From Paramoeba atlantica (taxonomy: Eukaryota > Protista > Discosea), in contig CDRNVI010000043.1 in the NCBI GenBank assembly GCA_977017575.1, positions 248,001 through 312,000 on the forward strand: a stretch of DNA of 64,000 bases, given 5' to 3'. Below the pieces are notes generated by a model, which saw nothing but the letters and a program-made list of their open reading frames with translations, made no database searches and had not been told where the DNA came from. A program made the translations under genes and the position numbers. Every line of letters begins with the position of its first letter. Within the stretch, counting starts at the first letter, position 1. Below are positions 48,917 through 60,303 of the stretch, piece after piece.

Positions 48917-50098
48917 TTAAGGAATTGTGTATTCATGTGATTGTCCTTCAAGCTTCTTGGTTTCTGCAATTTTTCGCACAGCTTGATTAAAGTCCTCATT
49001 TAACACATGGTCACGTTCATCTCTTAGCGCGAACATGCCAGCTTCCGTGCATACATTGCGTAGATCCGCACCATTGAAACCTTCACTGAGACTGACGATT
49101 GACTCGTAATGGATCTCACCTTTGATGTTCAACTTGGCAGCATGTATTTTCAAAATATCGTCTCTTGCGGACTCATGCGGAAGCGAAATTTCAATTTTTC
49201 TATCCAGTCTTCCAGGGCGAAGCAGAGCAGAATCTAGTACGTCGGGCCGATTCGTCGCCATGATTGTCTTCACTCGCCCCAAGGCGTCAAAACCATCCAA
49301 CTGGTTCAACAACTCCATGAGTGTGCGTTGAATCTCACGATCGCTGCTTGTGCCTTCTATACGTTTCCCTCCGATGGCGTCAATCTCATCAATAAAAATC
49401 ACACAGGGCTCATGATCACGTGCATATGCAAACATTTCCCGCACAATACGCGCACTTTCTCCGATATATTTATCCACGATCGCACTGGCTACGACACGCA
49501 GAAAGCTTGCCTCAATGTTACTCGCAATCGCTTTAGCCAACAACGTCTTTCCCGTTCCCGGGGGGCCGTACAACAAAACCCCTTTCGGAGGCATAATACC
49601 GACGCGTTTAAAAAGCTCCGGGTTCACTAAAGGAAGCTCAATAACCTCGCGGAGCTGCCGCAGCTGCGACTGGAGACCACCGACTTCACGAAAAGAAATA
49701 TTGTCGACCGACTCCGCATGTTGAGACATTTTGTACACCAATGGATCAACCTCCCGGGGAAGCGTACGCATCACGGTAAGTGTTGTAATATCCAGCGCAA
49801 CACGAGTGCCTACTTTTAGTTTGGTCTTATCCACGTTAGCACGGATCCCGACCACGTAGCGTGGCCCACTAGAGGCTTTTACCATGGCCTGCTCGTCGGA
49901 TAGCACCCGCATAATCTCACCGGTAATTTGTCCGACACTTTGTAGGCTCTTTACATGCTCCTCACTTTGATCGTACTCACCTTTAGCATTTTTTATATTG
50001 TTCCGTAGAGTTTTCAAGCGCGTTTCAATAAGGTGGTGATCCTCCATCTTTTTGCGTAGTGCAACCACGGCTTCGTTTCTGGCAACCTCTTCCGGCAT
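48917..50098 (-). CDS. RPT4: 26S proteasome AAA-ATPase Rpt4/PSMC6
   Basis: [51 protein letters not shown]. Confidence 0.97.
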   Translation of the reverse strand: MPEEVARNEAVVALRKKMEDHHLIETRLKTLRNNIKNAKGEYDQSEEHVKSLQSVGQITGEIMRVLSDEQAMVKASSGPRYVVGIRANVDKTKLKVGTRVALDITTLTVMRTLPREVDPLVYKMSQHAESVDNISFREVGGLQSQLRQLREVIELPLVNPELFKRVGIMPPKGVLLYGPPGTGKTLLAKAIASNIEASFLRVVASAIVDKYIGESARIVREMFAYARDHEPCVIFIDEIDAIGGKRIEGTSSDREIQRTLMELLNQLDGFDALGRVKTIMATNRPDVLDSALLRPGRLDRKIEISLPHESARDDILKIHAAKLNIKGEIHYESIVSLSEGFNGADLRNVCTEAGMFALRDERDHVLNEDFNQAVRKIAETKKLEGQSHEYTIP

Positions 50099-50238
50099 GT
50101 TCTAATAGTATGTTAGTTGATTACCAATATTACACAACTAAAAGTCAATAGAATAGAGAGTTCTATACGGCAGGTAAGTGTTCGAACAAAAAAAAAGTTT
50201 ACGAAATAATGTAACATCGCACACTGATCTTGAGTACC

Positions 50239-51150
50239 TCACATTTGCACTGTGTGATCCTGATGAAAAGCACATATGTTTTCAAACTTCATGTCGATCT
50301 CGCCATCAGTCGTCATGTTTGATAATCTACATGGATAGTCTCCGCGCGCATCTCTTCTTATACGAATTTTGGCAGTCGCCGTGATGAGATTCTTCTGAAC
50401 AACTTCACCAAGGGCTGTTGTCTCCAATTGTTGTTTATTGGGTTGTAAGTCCTCATTGTTCATTGAATAATATTGAATAATTTTTACTAAGGAGCCTGAA
50501 TTGCCAATGACTGTGTCCAAACATTCGACTCTTGAAATAACTATGGAGGGCTCGAGTGGGTTGTTCATCTTTTGCACCGCTTCAAGCAGCGCGTATCCTT
50601 CATCCAACAGATGTAGAACCATGTATTTAGCGTTCTCTACGACAGAATCGCTTTTTTCTCCCCTAGCACGGACTATTAATCCTGGTGTGAGCCACTTACA
50701 ATGCTTTTGAATTTCTGCCTTCATGCTTCGTAGTTCGCCGAATGCAACACGTCGCAGATTGTTGGCATGGACGTGAATAAACGATGCTGATGTGGATACT
50801 GTCCCTGGAGAAGACAGGACTTTAACCCATGTGCTGCGTAGCCAGGGAGTCAGTCGAATGCACACGGTGCCCTCACCAGCGTTGCTCTTAGACCTCACAA
50901 CAGTTCCTTGCAAACCTGTATACGTGCCGTCCGTCACTTTCACACACTGGCCGGGAGTGCGAATCGAGATTTCTGTAGGAGCCCCCAATCCAAGTCCCTG
51001 TGGCCTTGCGGAAGGCGCTTTACTTTCCAACTCCTTGCTCTCATTCGAGATTTGTGCATTGGCGTAGCACTCTCGAGTTGATTTTTTCTTCAGTCTAGCA
51101 AAGAGATTGGCACCAAATTCCGCCTGCTTAACTTCATCGGAACTCTTCAT
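50239..51150 (-). CDS. Spp2/MOS2/GPKOW-like G-patch + KOW splicing factor
   Basis: EFGANLF...RPQGLGLGA, KOW GQCVKVTDGTYTGLQGTV, WLTPGLIVR, LDTVIG. Confidence 0.75.
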   Translation of the reverse strand: MKSSDEVKQAEFGANLFARLKKKSTRECYANAQISNESKELESKAPSARPQGLGLGAPTEISIRTPGQCVKVTDGTYTGLQGTVVRSKSNAGEGTVCIRLTPWLRSTWVKVLSSPGTVSTSASFIHVHANNLRRVAFGELRSMKAEIQKHCKWLTPGLIVRARGEKSDSVVENAKYMVLHLLDEGYALLEAVQKMNNPLEPSIVISRVECLDTVIGNSGSLVKIIQYYSMNNEDLQPNKQQLETTALGEVVQKNLITATAKIRIRRDARGDYPCRLSNMTTDGEIDMKFENICAFHQDHTVQM

Positions 51151-51580
51151 ACGTATGACATAAACTCACGCATATTATACACATTGTACTTACTACGTGT
51201 TATTACGCCAAAGAAGATACTTGTGTACTAGTAATTTTAAAATTTAAATTTTAATACTTTTCCATCAATACTAAATTCTATCTAATTACTGTAGATTTAA
51301 ACAAATTTAAGAGAAGCCCTGAGAGAGTAAGAGCAGGTTTTGTAAGATTTGGGTTATAAACTTTATGCTTAGTAGTACACTACCTAGTATACTGTACGAT
51401 ACGATGCTAGAATTCTAAAACTAGTGCTATTGTAACATGACCAACGCACAATTGCTGGTAAGGCAGAAGAATGTTATAAATTCCCCCCTTCCAAGGTTTT
51501 TCAACAGCGCAGCAGCAAAAAAATACTCGACGTGCCGAACTTTTCGCAAGATTTGCGTAGGCCACCTTCGTTGAGCCACT

Positions 51581-52912
51581 TCAGTTCTTCGTATATCTTT
51601 TGCTCTGGCGTGTGTGAGGACCTCTCTCTGCGTAGTGGTGACGAATCTTGTGGTGATTCGGTCCATGAGCCTTCTTCAGCCTGTAAATATGCTCCTTAAG
51701 GGTCGGTAAGCGAATGGGGACCAATGAGTTCAAATAAGCTTGTGCGGAGTCGATATTGAAACAGAATGAGTGCAATAGAGCATCAAATCGATTATTCTTT
51801 CGTCTGCATAGCCTTTCGAATTCAGCCTTTAAAGCGGATGAACATAGCTCCGCCTCTATCTCATATAAGATTTCCGGAGGTCCAAGCTCTTTACTATTAT
51901 TGTTCTTTAAATGCATTCGGTAGTCTTGTGGCCGGTCGGACAAAGAGAATCTATTTTTACTGTCATTTGCTTCCCACTTCTTAACCTTTGTACAGTCGAA
52001 TTGCATAAAATTCCCAATTCTATACGTAATTCTGTGTTTGCTCCGTACTGCCTTCAAAGAACCGAATTCTGGGTGAATCTTTAAATATTTATCTCTTTCT
52101 AAATAAAGTGAAGTTGTAGAACTGGGATTCGCTTTGTTTGTCCCACCCTCAGCAGATGCTGCTCTGTTTTCATTTGCTGTCAAGCTAATATATTCCTCTG
52201 TAGACACTTGATAACGTAAGCAACTCGACGAAATCGCATGCGTTTTCACAAGTGGAGCCATTAAAGCATTTTTCTCGCTTTTAGATAATGACTTGGCGTA
52301 TTTGTTGTCCGGTTCAAATCTTTTTTTACGAATTATTGCTACACGATTACCGTCTGAATCGTGAATGACACGGACTCCGTCTTCGTATATAAAATCTATT
52401 GAATCTGTTTCCAGGCGACGAACACTCGGTGTAACACGACCAGTAGTGCGCCTTGACATTTTCGTAGTTCGATTTCGAAACTTCATTTTGTTATACCCAG
52501 TTCGTCGTAGACGTTGACGGCCACACGTTTGTAGTGATGCAAGTAAACTCCTTACAAAATTTCGCGGTATGGAAGTGTTAAGTCGGAGGCACTGAGGCAG
52601 GGGACAAAAAACGGTACTGCTTGCGAAAGGCATTCTGGACGATTCTAAATGCGTACTTACTAACCTTGCAAATCGAGCTTCTACTTCAATAGACGCAGCT
52701 TTATTCAGGAGTAGTGCGAGGATAACTCTTTTGCGAAGGATTGACAAAACCGTATATGATTCATCGCTGCAGTCGCTTTTTGATGAGTTAACCTGTCGTA
52801 CTGGAACGCAAGTCGTATTGGCACCACCTCGGCTCGGTCTCCCCGAAAAAGAGTAACTTCGTGAAAATCGCATGAGAGGCGAGCATAACATTCGTGTCGC
52901 CGAACCACTCAT
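51581..52912 (-). CDS. Triphosphate tunnel metalloenzyme (CYTH), Cet1-like RNA 5'-triphosphatase
   Basis: IEVEARF, IRKKR, LRYQVSTEE, RSKHRITY, QFDCTKV, YEIEAE. Confidence 0.85.
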   Translation of the reverse strand: MSGSATRMLCSPLMRFSRSYSFSGRPSRGGANTTCVPVRQVNSSKSDCSDESYTVLSILRKRVILALLLNKAASIEVEARFARLVSTHLESSRMPFASSTVFCPLPQCLRLNTSIPRNFVRSLLASLQTCGRQRLRRTGYNKMKFRNRTTKMSRRTTGRVTPSVRRLETDSIDFIYEDGVRVIHDSDGNRVAIIRKKRFEPDNKYAKSLSKSEKNALMAPLVKTHAISSSCLRYQVSTEEYISLTANENRAASAEGGTNKANPSSTTSLYLERDKYLKIHPEFGSLKAVRSKHRITYRIGNFMQFDCTKVKKWEANDSKNRFSLSDRPQDYRMHLKNNNSKELGPPEILYEIEAELCSSALKAEFERLCRRKNNRFDALLHSFCFNIDSAQAYLNSLVPIRLPTLKEHIYRLKKAHGPNHHKIRHHYAERGPHTRQSKRYTKN

Positions 52913-53316
52913 TAGAAAGCAGTATTACGTTCTCTAGTATTCAGGATGAGTTATTTGGAGACTTGTACTAGAAAATCATTTTATAAACGAACTTCAGAAT
53001 ATCTTGCTTTAAAAACTACCTTACACATTACAAAGCGTTTCACTCAAAATTAATATTGAAACTAATATAACAATGGTGTAACATACACCCAACTAGCTAG
53101 CACTTTAGTTCAGTATTCAAAGATGTCCCAAGCTCAAAACTATAATGAGATCACCTCAAAGCATGTGTATGTGTCAAACGTTCTCGGGTTCGAAACTTAG
53201 AATTCGACTTGTGCAAACAGCCCAATCAAAACAAAAATTAAATGCAAGGTTAGAAGTTCAGTCGTATTGCAAACCCATCAATTCAGGATAGTTCAAATTT
53301 TTCTTCGTTGTCCGCA

Positions 53317-56300
53317 CTAGCCTGACTTGGTAGTTATTTTTCCCTTTATTTCAGATAACAGACGCGTAATGTACTTTAGCATCTCGTCAAGAATAATGAC
53401 GGGGAAACTCAAAGCGAAGATGAGTTTCCATTCCAAGAAATCCGTAGGCCACAACAGCGTAGAAGACACCTCGAGTATTTGGCGTGGGTTCACTCCGGCG
53501 ACACCAAGTGGGGCAACGTTGAAAAGGTAACACAGAGCTGGGACGTACATTATCAAATAATGTAAAACTAAGGAGCTGAGAACAGCTAAAATTAACCACG
53601 GGTTCCTGAAAGGAGGACATTGTAACATTGACTCATTTTCACTTATGGCATTGAGCGCGTTGAACATCTCAACCAACACAAGAATGCTGAGAGCCACGGC
53701 ACGCGCCTCACGTGGGTCACGTAACCTCTCACACCGCGCCACATCTCCAGTACAAAGCGAGGGGTCCATCAACTCTTCCATTCCATACCCATGGACGTGA
53801 AACCACCACAAATAGCCCATCACCGTTGCGAACCCGACATAGGCCCCGATGATGAGATAGCGCGCAAACAGCCACCCGTTCACAATGGGTTCCTCCGTAC
53901 GTCGTGGTGGCTCCCGCATCAAGTCGCCGTCCGGGGGGTTGAACCCCAGAGCGGTGGCCGGGAGCCCATCGGTGACAAGATTCACCCACAGCAGCTGGAC
54001 CGGCTCCAGCGCATCCGGTACCCCCAGCACCCCTGTCGCGAACACACACACCACCTCCCCAATATTACTGCTGATCAGGTAGCGAATAAACTGCTTGGTG
54101 TTGTTGTAGATCGCTCGACCCTCGGCAATAGCACTTACGATCGTGTTAAAATTGTCATCGGCTAGAATCATCGCGCTGGTGCCTTTAGCAACCTCGGTGC
54201 CAGAACCCATCGCAACCCCAATGTCCGCTTTCTTAAGCGCCGGTGCATCGTTGACTCCGTCCCCTGTCATGGCACATATGAAGTTCTGAGATTGCAGCAG
54301 GGTAACGAGGTGACTCTTCAGAGAGGGGTCCGCTCGGCTGTAGAGCTGTTTCGATAATACGGCGCTCATTTGCTCTTCATGTGATAACGCTTCAAAATCA
54401 CACCCGTTGATGCTCATTTGTTCAGCCTGTTCCGACGTAGTGAAAAGTTGGATTTGCCTACATACAGATTGGGCAGTATCCTTACTATCGCCGGTAATTA
54501 CAATGACGCGTATTCCTGCTTTATGACACTCTTGTACCGCTTGCGTGACCTCAGTACGAGGGGGATCCAGCATACCAACCAGACCGCAGAATACTAGACC
54601 TGCTTCAATTGAATCGAAATTCTTAGGATTTGTTAAACTCAATGATTCTACTCTATCACACTCCTTATATGCCGCTGCGAGGCAACGAAGCGTCGGGGGA
54701 CCCTGAGTCATTTCATGTAGCTCAGCTTCCATTTGGCGTCGTATTGCTGACGTAAGTTTCCTTAGCTTTCCGGAGCTCGAAATTATGTGCGTGGACCTTC
54801 TTAGCAAGGCTTCAGGGGCTCCTTTCACTAGGAGTAAATGCTTCTTTTTTGATGTAACGTGAACACTCATTGATTTACGTTCTCTAGTAAACTCCAACGT
54901 TGCATTGACGCTAAAAATATTCCGCCAAAACGATCGCACTGCGCTGACGCCCTCTGACGAAGTGCAGGGAGGTGAAGCATTAGGAATGGGCATTCCCAGC
55001 TTTTCCACCATAACAAGAAGCGCTGCTTCCGTAGCCTCTCCCAACCTATCAACTGCTCCCGTCTCCGTCAAGAACTCCAGGCTGGCGTCATTGCATAAAG
55101 AAGAAATGTAAGAAATGCGCTCCAATGCCTTGTCGGTCAGCAACGGTGCAGAAATTTCATGCTCGTTCTCGTCTGAAACGGTCGAGGTTTCTATATTAAA
55201 CTTGGTATCTTTCAAAAAATATCGATTAACGCCATCAGACCCATCACTTGTAACTACAGTGGCAACACTCATCATATTCGTAGTCAACGTTCCCGTTTTA
55301 TCTGTGCAAATGACACTACAGCACCCCAATGTTTCGACGCTCGGCAGATTGCGTACAATGGCTTTTTTTCTGGCCATGCGTCGCGCGCCCAACGCGAGGC
55401 ACGTTGTTACCACTGCGGGAAGTCCTTCGGGTATAGCTGCAACGGCCAGTGAAACAGCAATTTTAAGACTATTGATTATCCAAGGAAGTACATTTTGATT
55501 CTCACCTTTCTGCCACCCACGAACCAGGTTCACTATGAATACCAGAACGCAAATCACTCCGATGGCGTGACTGAGCAGTACACTAAAGTCATCAAGTTTC
55601 CGCTGCAGGGGTGTTTTTTCAGCTTCCGTTGACCTCACTTGGGCTTCCACACGACCAATCTCTGTGTTGATCCCAGTAGCTGTTACGACGCCCCGCACTT
55701 TTCCGTACGTCACACTTGTACCACGGAACATCATGTTCGAGGGGAACCTTTCGTTTTCTTCACACAATTCACTGTGTTTCAACACCTCGTTTGATTCTCC
55801 CGTGAGTGAACTCTGATTTACGCGAACAGTGGTGGAGCAAAGTTTGAGAACGCGCAGGTCCGCCGCGATGCGGTCTCCTACAGCCAGTTCTATGATGTCA
55901 CCCGGAACGAGTTCCAAGCTATCGATTGTACCCAGTTGTCCTTCACGCAATACGGAAGATCGATTGGGGACCAGAACTTGGAGAGCCTGGATAGCCTCCT
56001 CAGCGCTGCTCTCCTGCCAGGCACCTATGATACCATTTGCCAAGAGTATCAAAAGTATGACAAAGGGCTCAACTAAGTCGTGCCCAACGCCAGAAAAGAT
56101 AGCCATACCGAACGACAGGACGGCCGCTGCCAGTAAAATTTGAACTAAGCGGTCATCGAACGTCTTGAAAAGCAGCATTAACCATGAATCAGGTGGCTCA
56201 CATGGCAATTCGTTTTTTCCATACTTCTCAAGACGCTTATGAGCTTCGGATGTCGTTAAGCCCTGGTTCGGATCAACATCTCCTTCCTTACACACAACAT

Positions 56301-56331
56301 TAGCAGATTTTTTATGCGGTGTCGCGAACAT
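53317..56331 (-). CDS. SERCA-type P2A Ca2+-ATPase
   Basis: LTGES, AIPEGLPAVVTTCL, DKTGT, KGAPE, MLDPPR, TGDGVNDAPALKKADIGVAM, QLLWVNLVTDGLPATALGFN, VEMFNALN. Confidence 0.97.
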   Translation of the reverse strand: MFATPHKKSANVVCKEGDVDPNQGLTTSEAHKRLEKYGKNELPCEPPDSWLMLLFKTFDDRLVQILLAAAVLSFGMAIFSGVGHDLVEPFVILLILLANGIIGAWQESSAEEAIQALQVLVPNRSSVLREGQLGTIDSLELVPGDIIELAVGDRIAADLRVLKLCSTTVRVNQSSLTGESNEVLKHSELCEENERFPSNMMFRGTSVTYGKVRGVVTATGINTEIGRVEAQVRSTEAEKTPLQRKLDDFSVLLSHAIGVICVLVFIVNLVRGWQKGENQNVLPWIINSLKIAVSLAVAAIPEGLPAVVTTCLALGARRMARKKAIVRNLPSVETLGCCSVICTDKTGTLTTNMMSVATVVTSDGSDGVNRYFLKDTKFNIETSTVSDENEHEISAPLLTDKALERISYISSLCNDASLEFLTETGAVDRLGEATEAALLVMVEKLGMPIPNASPPCTSSEGVSAVRSFWRNIFSVNATLEFTRERKSMSVHVTSKKKHLLLVKGAPEALLRRSTHIISSSGKLRKLTSAIRRQMEAELHEMTQGPPTLRCLAAAYKECDRVESLSLTNPKNFDSIEAGLVFCGLVGMLDPPRTEVTQAVQECHKAGIRVIVITGDSKDTAQSVCRQIQLFTTSEQAEQMSINGCDFEALSHEEQMSAVLSKQLYSRADPSLKSHLVTLLQSQNFICAMTGDGVNDAPALKKADIGVAMGSGTEVAKGTSAMILADDNFNTIVSAIAEGRAIYNNTKQFIRYLISSNIGEVVCVFATGVLGVPDALEPVQLLWVNLVTDGLPATALGFNPPDGDLMREPPRRTEEPIVNGWLFARYLIIGAYVGFATVMGYLWWFHVHGYGMEELMDPSLCTGDVARCERLRDPREARAVALSILVLVEMFNALNAISENESMLQCPPFRNPWLILAVLSSLVLHYLIMYVPALCYLFNVAPLGVAGVNPRQILEVSSTLLWPTDFLEWKLIFALSFPVIILDEMLKYITRLLSEIKGKITTKSG

Positions 56332-56571
56332 TAACTATAATTACTTACAAGAATAATACTTTTCATGAAATCGAAAAGAGTATGTCACCGAAAATATTTA
56401 TACTCTAGGTTCTTTTGCGGAAAAAATACATGACGAAGAGATCGAAGTTTCTCGGCGTCGCTTTTCATTGTTTTCCACAGCAAACAAGTGACGAATTAGA
56501 CCAAGACATAGACGAATTATGGTCTCGCAGAAATTTATATCAATGAGCCCATCGGCAAATGCCGACTATTA

Positions 56572-57333
56572 TTATACCAATTTTTTCTTAAGAAGAAAGC
56601 CCTTCAGGCTACGGTATTGATAGATCGCGAGCCCGCCAGCTGCCATGATAGACAAAAAAGCCATAATGTAGACGCGTTCATAGGTGTCCTCACTCGTTGC
56701 ACGGAACCGTAGAAACCGCCTACGAAAAATTGACGCGGTAGCACGGGCCTCTGCGATTTGCTGCCGAATGTTGTACAGCTCGCGATGAATGCGGTTTAGG
56801 AACGTCTTAGTGCGCAAAGTGTCCTTGACCTGACCGTCACTGTCCATGAAAGACATCACCTCCATATCCACACCGTGTTCGGTGACTTGCTGCCGTGTGA
56901 TCTGGGGCTCTGGATCCTCAATACGATCCTGTCGGTTGCGTGTGTCAATGGAAAGTGCAAAATCGACGAAATCCGCACCCGAGCCAGCCGCCGAGAGGCA
57001 GATGTCGTACTCTCCCAACATCTCACCCTTTGTGCGAAAACTAAATGTCCCATTACGTGCCTCGAGGGTCGATGTTTGTAGCACTTTCCGATTCGGAGCG
57101 TAGATCTGAACGAGTGTATTGAATGATGTCCGCGGTGAGTTCTCCGGTGCCCTTTGGGCGTAATCCACGATCACTAATTCGTTGGGTGCGACGATTTCCT
57201 CGGGAAAGCAAAGCTTTTTTCCAGGACCAAGGCGGAAATAATACCCGTGCACCCCGCTACACTTGTAGCACAAGCCGAGGCAAAGTACGTACCAGAGGCG
57301 AAGCCACGAACGCGTGGGATCACGGCGGAGCAT
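56572..57333 (-). CDS. p24/emp24/gp25L (TMED) cargo receptor
   Basis: Signal peptide, LGPGKKLCFPEE, GEYDICL, coiled coil, SEDTYERV, TM, C-terminal FLLKKKLV; ATG 57333. Confidence 0.93.
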   Translation of the reverse strand: MLRRDPTRSWLRLWYVLCLGLCYKCSGVHGYYFRLGPGKKLCFPEEIVAPNELVIVDYAQRAPENSPRTSFNTLVQIYAPNRKVLQTSTLEARNGTFSFRTKGEMLGEYDICLSAAGSGADFVDFALSIDTRNRQDRIEDPEPQITRQQVTEHGVDMEVMSFMDSDGQVKDTLRTKTFLNRIHRELYNIRQQIAEARATASIFRRRFLRFRATSEDTYERVYIMAFLSIMAAGGLAIYQYRSLKGFLLKKKLV

Positions 57334-57621
57334 AAGGATTAAATCTTGAAAACAAATTATTTGATTCCGTATGGAAAAACTAACAAAATAAAATTGTATC
57401 CACCGGAAGTACACATTTTGATACACACATCGAAGAAAAGAAACGGTGTTTGAGCAGCCAAGAAAGACGCATTTACGTCCGTGAGCTCATCATTCCGCAC
57501 TGTTCATGCAAAGAAGGCTAAAATGATAAAGATAAGATGAGGAGCATGAGCTTGGGTCCAGCAGCCTAGATAGTACGTAAACGAGCTCCACAAGTATCTC
57601 ACCATCCTTTTCAAATTGTTC

Positions 57622-58512
57622 TCATTTGGAGTGGTAGAGCGCTCGTTTTGTTTTGGACATGCGATGCAAAGGAAGCATACCTCGACGCCGCTGTGGCACT
57701 GCTGTGAAAGAAGGCGGTTCCTTGTTCGTTTGTTCCAAACGTGGAGGTTTCTCCAACGCAGGGGTGTTCTCCTCTAAGGAGATAGAATCCAATTGCGCAT
57801 TTCGCCCCGAGTTCACATCACTCGAACTTCTACGCCACGTTTTCAAGGCTTGAAGCATATCAAGCTTCGATTCGTCACTGTGGAGCACGTTTACTTCCAA
57901 AGAAGCTTGATTTACCTCTTCTAAGTCACTTTCTTCAAGCGGAGAAGCACTCAGCAATCTGTCGTCAACGGAGTCTTCATATTCATCATGTTCATTGTGC
58001 ATGTCTTTCAGCCACAGGAGCGCATCACGTAGATCATCTTCGAGAACCGAAGTCACACTTTCGCCATGAGAGTTACTATTTAAAGCATGAGATGAAGATA
58101 CTGCATGTTTCATATCATGATTCTTTTCTTCCTGCTCTGGAGGATTCGCTACTTGCACTAAAGGCTGTACATCAGAAACTCTTTTGTGGGATTCGACTTT
58201 CTTGATGTCACGCGAATCATTCGGAGTCGGATTTACCGAACGCGTATGGCGAATCAAATCAGCTACGAATTGCATTCGTTTGGAGCAGTGATCATTTTCC
58301 TCAGCTTCTATTCGCCGCTTCATTTTATCAGTAAGTGTATTGTGCTTACGGTGGTTGTGCATTTCGGGAGGACTCATTAATGCCACATTCCGACTTTTGT
58401 TATGTGTCATAAAACGTGCTGGACGAGGGAACCAAATCGTTAAATACCTCCAAATAGTAAGACATACATTAATATTGCGACCAGGGGGGTATCTACTGAC
58501 GCGACAGTCCAC
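57622..58512 (-). CDS. Hypothetical disordered protein
   Basis: 296-codon ORF, low complexity/acidic middle, basic end; true start probably at an internal Met. Confidence 0.55.
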   Translation of the reverse strand: MDCRVSRYPPGRNINVCLTIWRYLTIWFPRPARFMTHNKSRNVALMSPPEMHNHRKHNTLTDKMKRRIEAEENDHCSKRMQFVADLIRHTRSVNPTPNDSRDIKKVESHKRVSDVQPLVQVANPPEQEEKNHDMKHAVSSSHALNSNSHGESVTSVLEDDLRDALLWLKDMHNEHDEYEDSVDDRLLSASPLEESDLEEVNQASLEVNVLHSDESKLDMLQALKTWRRSSSDVNSGRNAQLDSISLEENTPALEKPPRLEQTNKEPPSFTAVPQRRRGMLPLHRMSKTKRALYHSK

Positions 58513-58954
58513 TGCCGCTACACACTGTCCTATAGGAGTAGGATTACAGGGGTAATATTGCGCCCTTTCTAAAAAAACATGATTTACATTTGATTACACT
58601 TTTTTCGATTTTCAGGTCTACAGTGTGTACAGACACACAAAACTCTGGAACAAGCTTCTTTCTTCGTCTTCGTCCTCTACGTGTAAACCTTCTTCACACA
58701 TTTTCTCGTCCCCAGTTTCACATTCATGGCTCCCACCAATATTCGGCAGGCACTTTGTTTCACACCTAACTCGCCCTCTAAATGGGGGGGGGGATGTGGT
58801 AGTTGTGAGGTATGGAAGCCTTCACGCAATTCCGGGGCCTCAAAAATCGTGCTAAATTCGTGTAAAAGCGTGATCCGTTCTTTAACGCAATCTTGTTGGG
58901 GAATATCTTTTGTGAAAAGTCCATCGAATCTCCGTAAAACCAATTCGCTCAGCG

Positions 58955-59824
58955 TCACAAAATTACGTTCGAAAATTCTACGGCGTTTTCTACAGCTCTA
59001 GAAATAGGTAGTGTGGCATCTTCGTGATCAAGCCTAGTAAGCGTGTTTCGGTCTTCCGATTTTCGACATAAGAGGAATCTCGCATCAAAAGCAGCCGTCC
59101 ACGGTTCTATAATGGGGACAAATATAGACTCCCTTTGACGTAGGTTGGTTATCAGCAGGACAGCGACATTGAATATGCGTGAGATTTCTCTAATGGACCT
59201 ACCCAGATAGCACAACGCCGAAATGCGAGAGCGAGCGCTCAACGACAAAGAAGAAATGGAGTTTGCTGGCTGAGAGTCAAGTGGCTCCGTATAACTAGTG
59301 TCTTTTTCAGAACGCGTTCTAGAGGCATCATAATCTTCTAACGTGAGTGAGTTGATCACAACCACACGTATGCTCTGATCCTCTTGCAAAAGTTGAGGTA
59401 AGGAATCAACTATTGCAATCAGCTGACCCAACGAACTAATGCGGTACAAATGTACATTATTCAACAAATCAATAGGGGTGATTGTGGAAACAGTTCTACT
59501 AATGCACGAAGCGTTATTTATTGCTCGTCGCAATACGTATTTGCACGTATCCAGCACCATTGTGGGGTCTACTGCGCCACGAGTGTCTACGTAAACGCTT
59601 CGCGCAGAGTGACCACCCATATGCTTCGGCAGGGCCGCCTGTGCTACAAAAAGGAGTGAGAGTGCTGTTCGACCACTACCTGGAATTCCTGAAATGTCAA
59701 TAACCTTTCGAGCCTGCACACCGCTACGATCCAGAAAGGCATCGAGTACTGGTATATTAGAGACAAAAATATCCGATAATTTCTCGTCCGAAAGATCTTC
59801 ATTGGACAATTTGATATGCCCCAT
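58955..59824 (-). CDS. RecA/RAD51 paralog (RAD51C-like) with degenerate Walker motifs
   Basis: SNIPVLDAFL, ISGIPGSGRT, SVYVDTRG, IRVVVINSL, FNVAVLLITN, WTAAFDARFLL. Confidence 0.85.
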   Translation of the reverse strand: MGHIKLSNEDLSDEKLSDIFVSNIPVLDAFLDRSGVQARKVIDISGIPGSGRTALSLLFVAQAALPKHMGGHSARSVYVDTRGAVDPTMVLDTCKYVLRRAINNASCISRTVSTITPIDLLNNVHLYRISSLGQLIAIVDSLPQLLQEDQSIRVVVINSLTLEDYDASRTRSEKDTSYTEPLDSQPANSISSLSLSARSRISALCYLGRSIREISRIFNVAVLLITNLRQRESIFVPIIEPWTAAFDARFLLCRKSEDRNTLTRLDHEDATLPISRAVENAVEFSNVIL

Positions 59825-60303
59825 TTCTGTGTGTAGCCAAGCGAGTTACATCAAAAACGTCGTGTAGTTATACAACAAGAAAAAAGACCTTTTTCTGGAT
59901 CAAATCCCTAAAATAAATCTTTAGTGCAACTCTACTGAAGAACTGTAGACTTCTTCGGCAATTGATCTCGAATATCTAAATTGGAATATCTAATCTACTG
60001 TTGTTGAAATTTTGAAAATGATACAAAGTTACAGTAATTAATAATTTCAAATTAATGTCGCAACCCACCATTTCCGAATCGTGAAATGAGCGTTTATGAC
60101 GATATCATAAGGCACATATCGTGATCATAATGTTGATATCATAGTACACTTATCTTGACAGGAAGAAAATTTAATATAAGCAAAGCAATTGAAGTCTTCC
60201 GTATAAGGGATACGTCCCAAATTCTGAACAATAAAGTACAAGACATAAAAAAATGTAACAACAATAGATTTAGTTAACAACAATCGATTGAATACCGAGC
60301 TAA

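Noticed and set aside
51237-51254. 18-bp AT-only palindrome (and TATTATACATGTATAATA at 6820-6837)
   Set aside because: Low complexity and no spacer; not distinguishable from chance by eye
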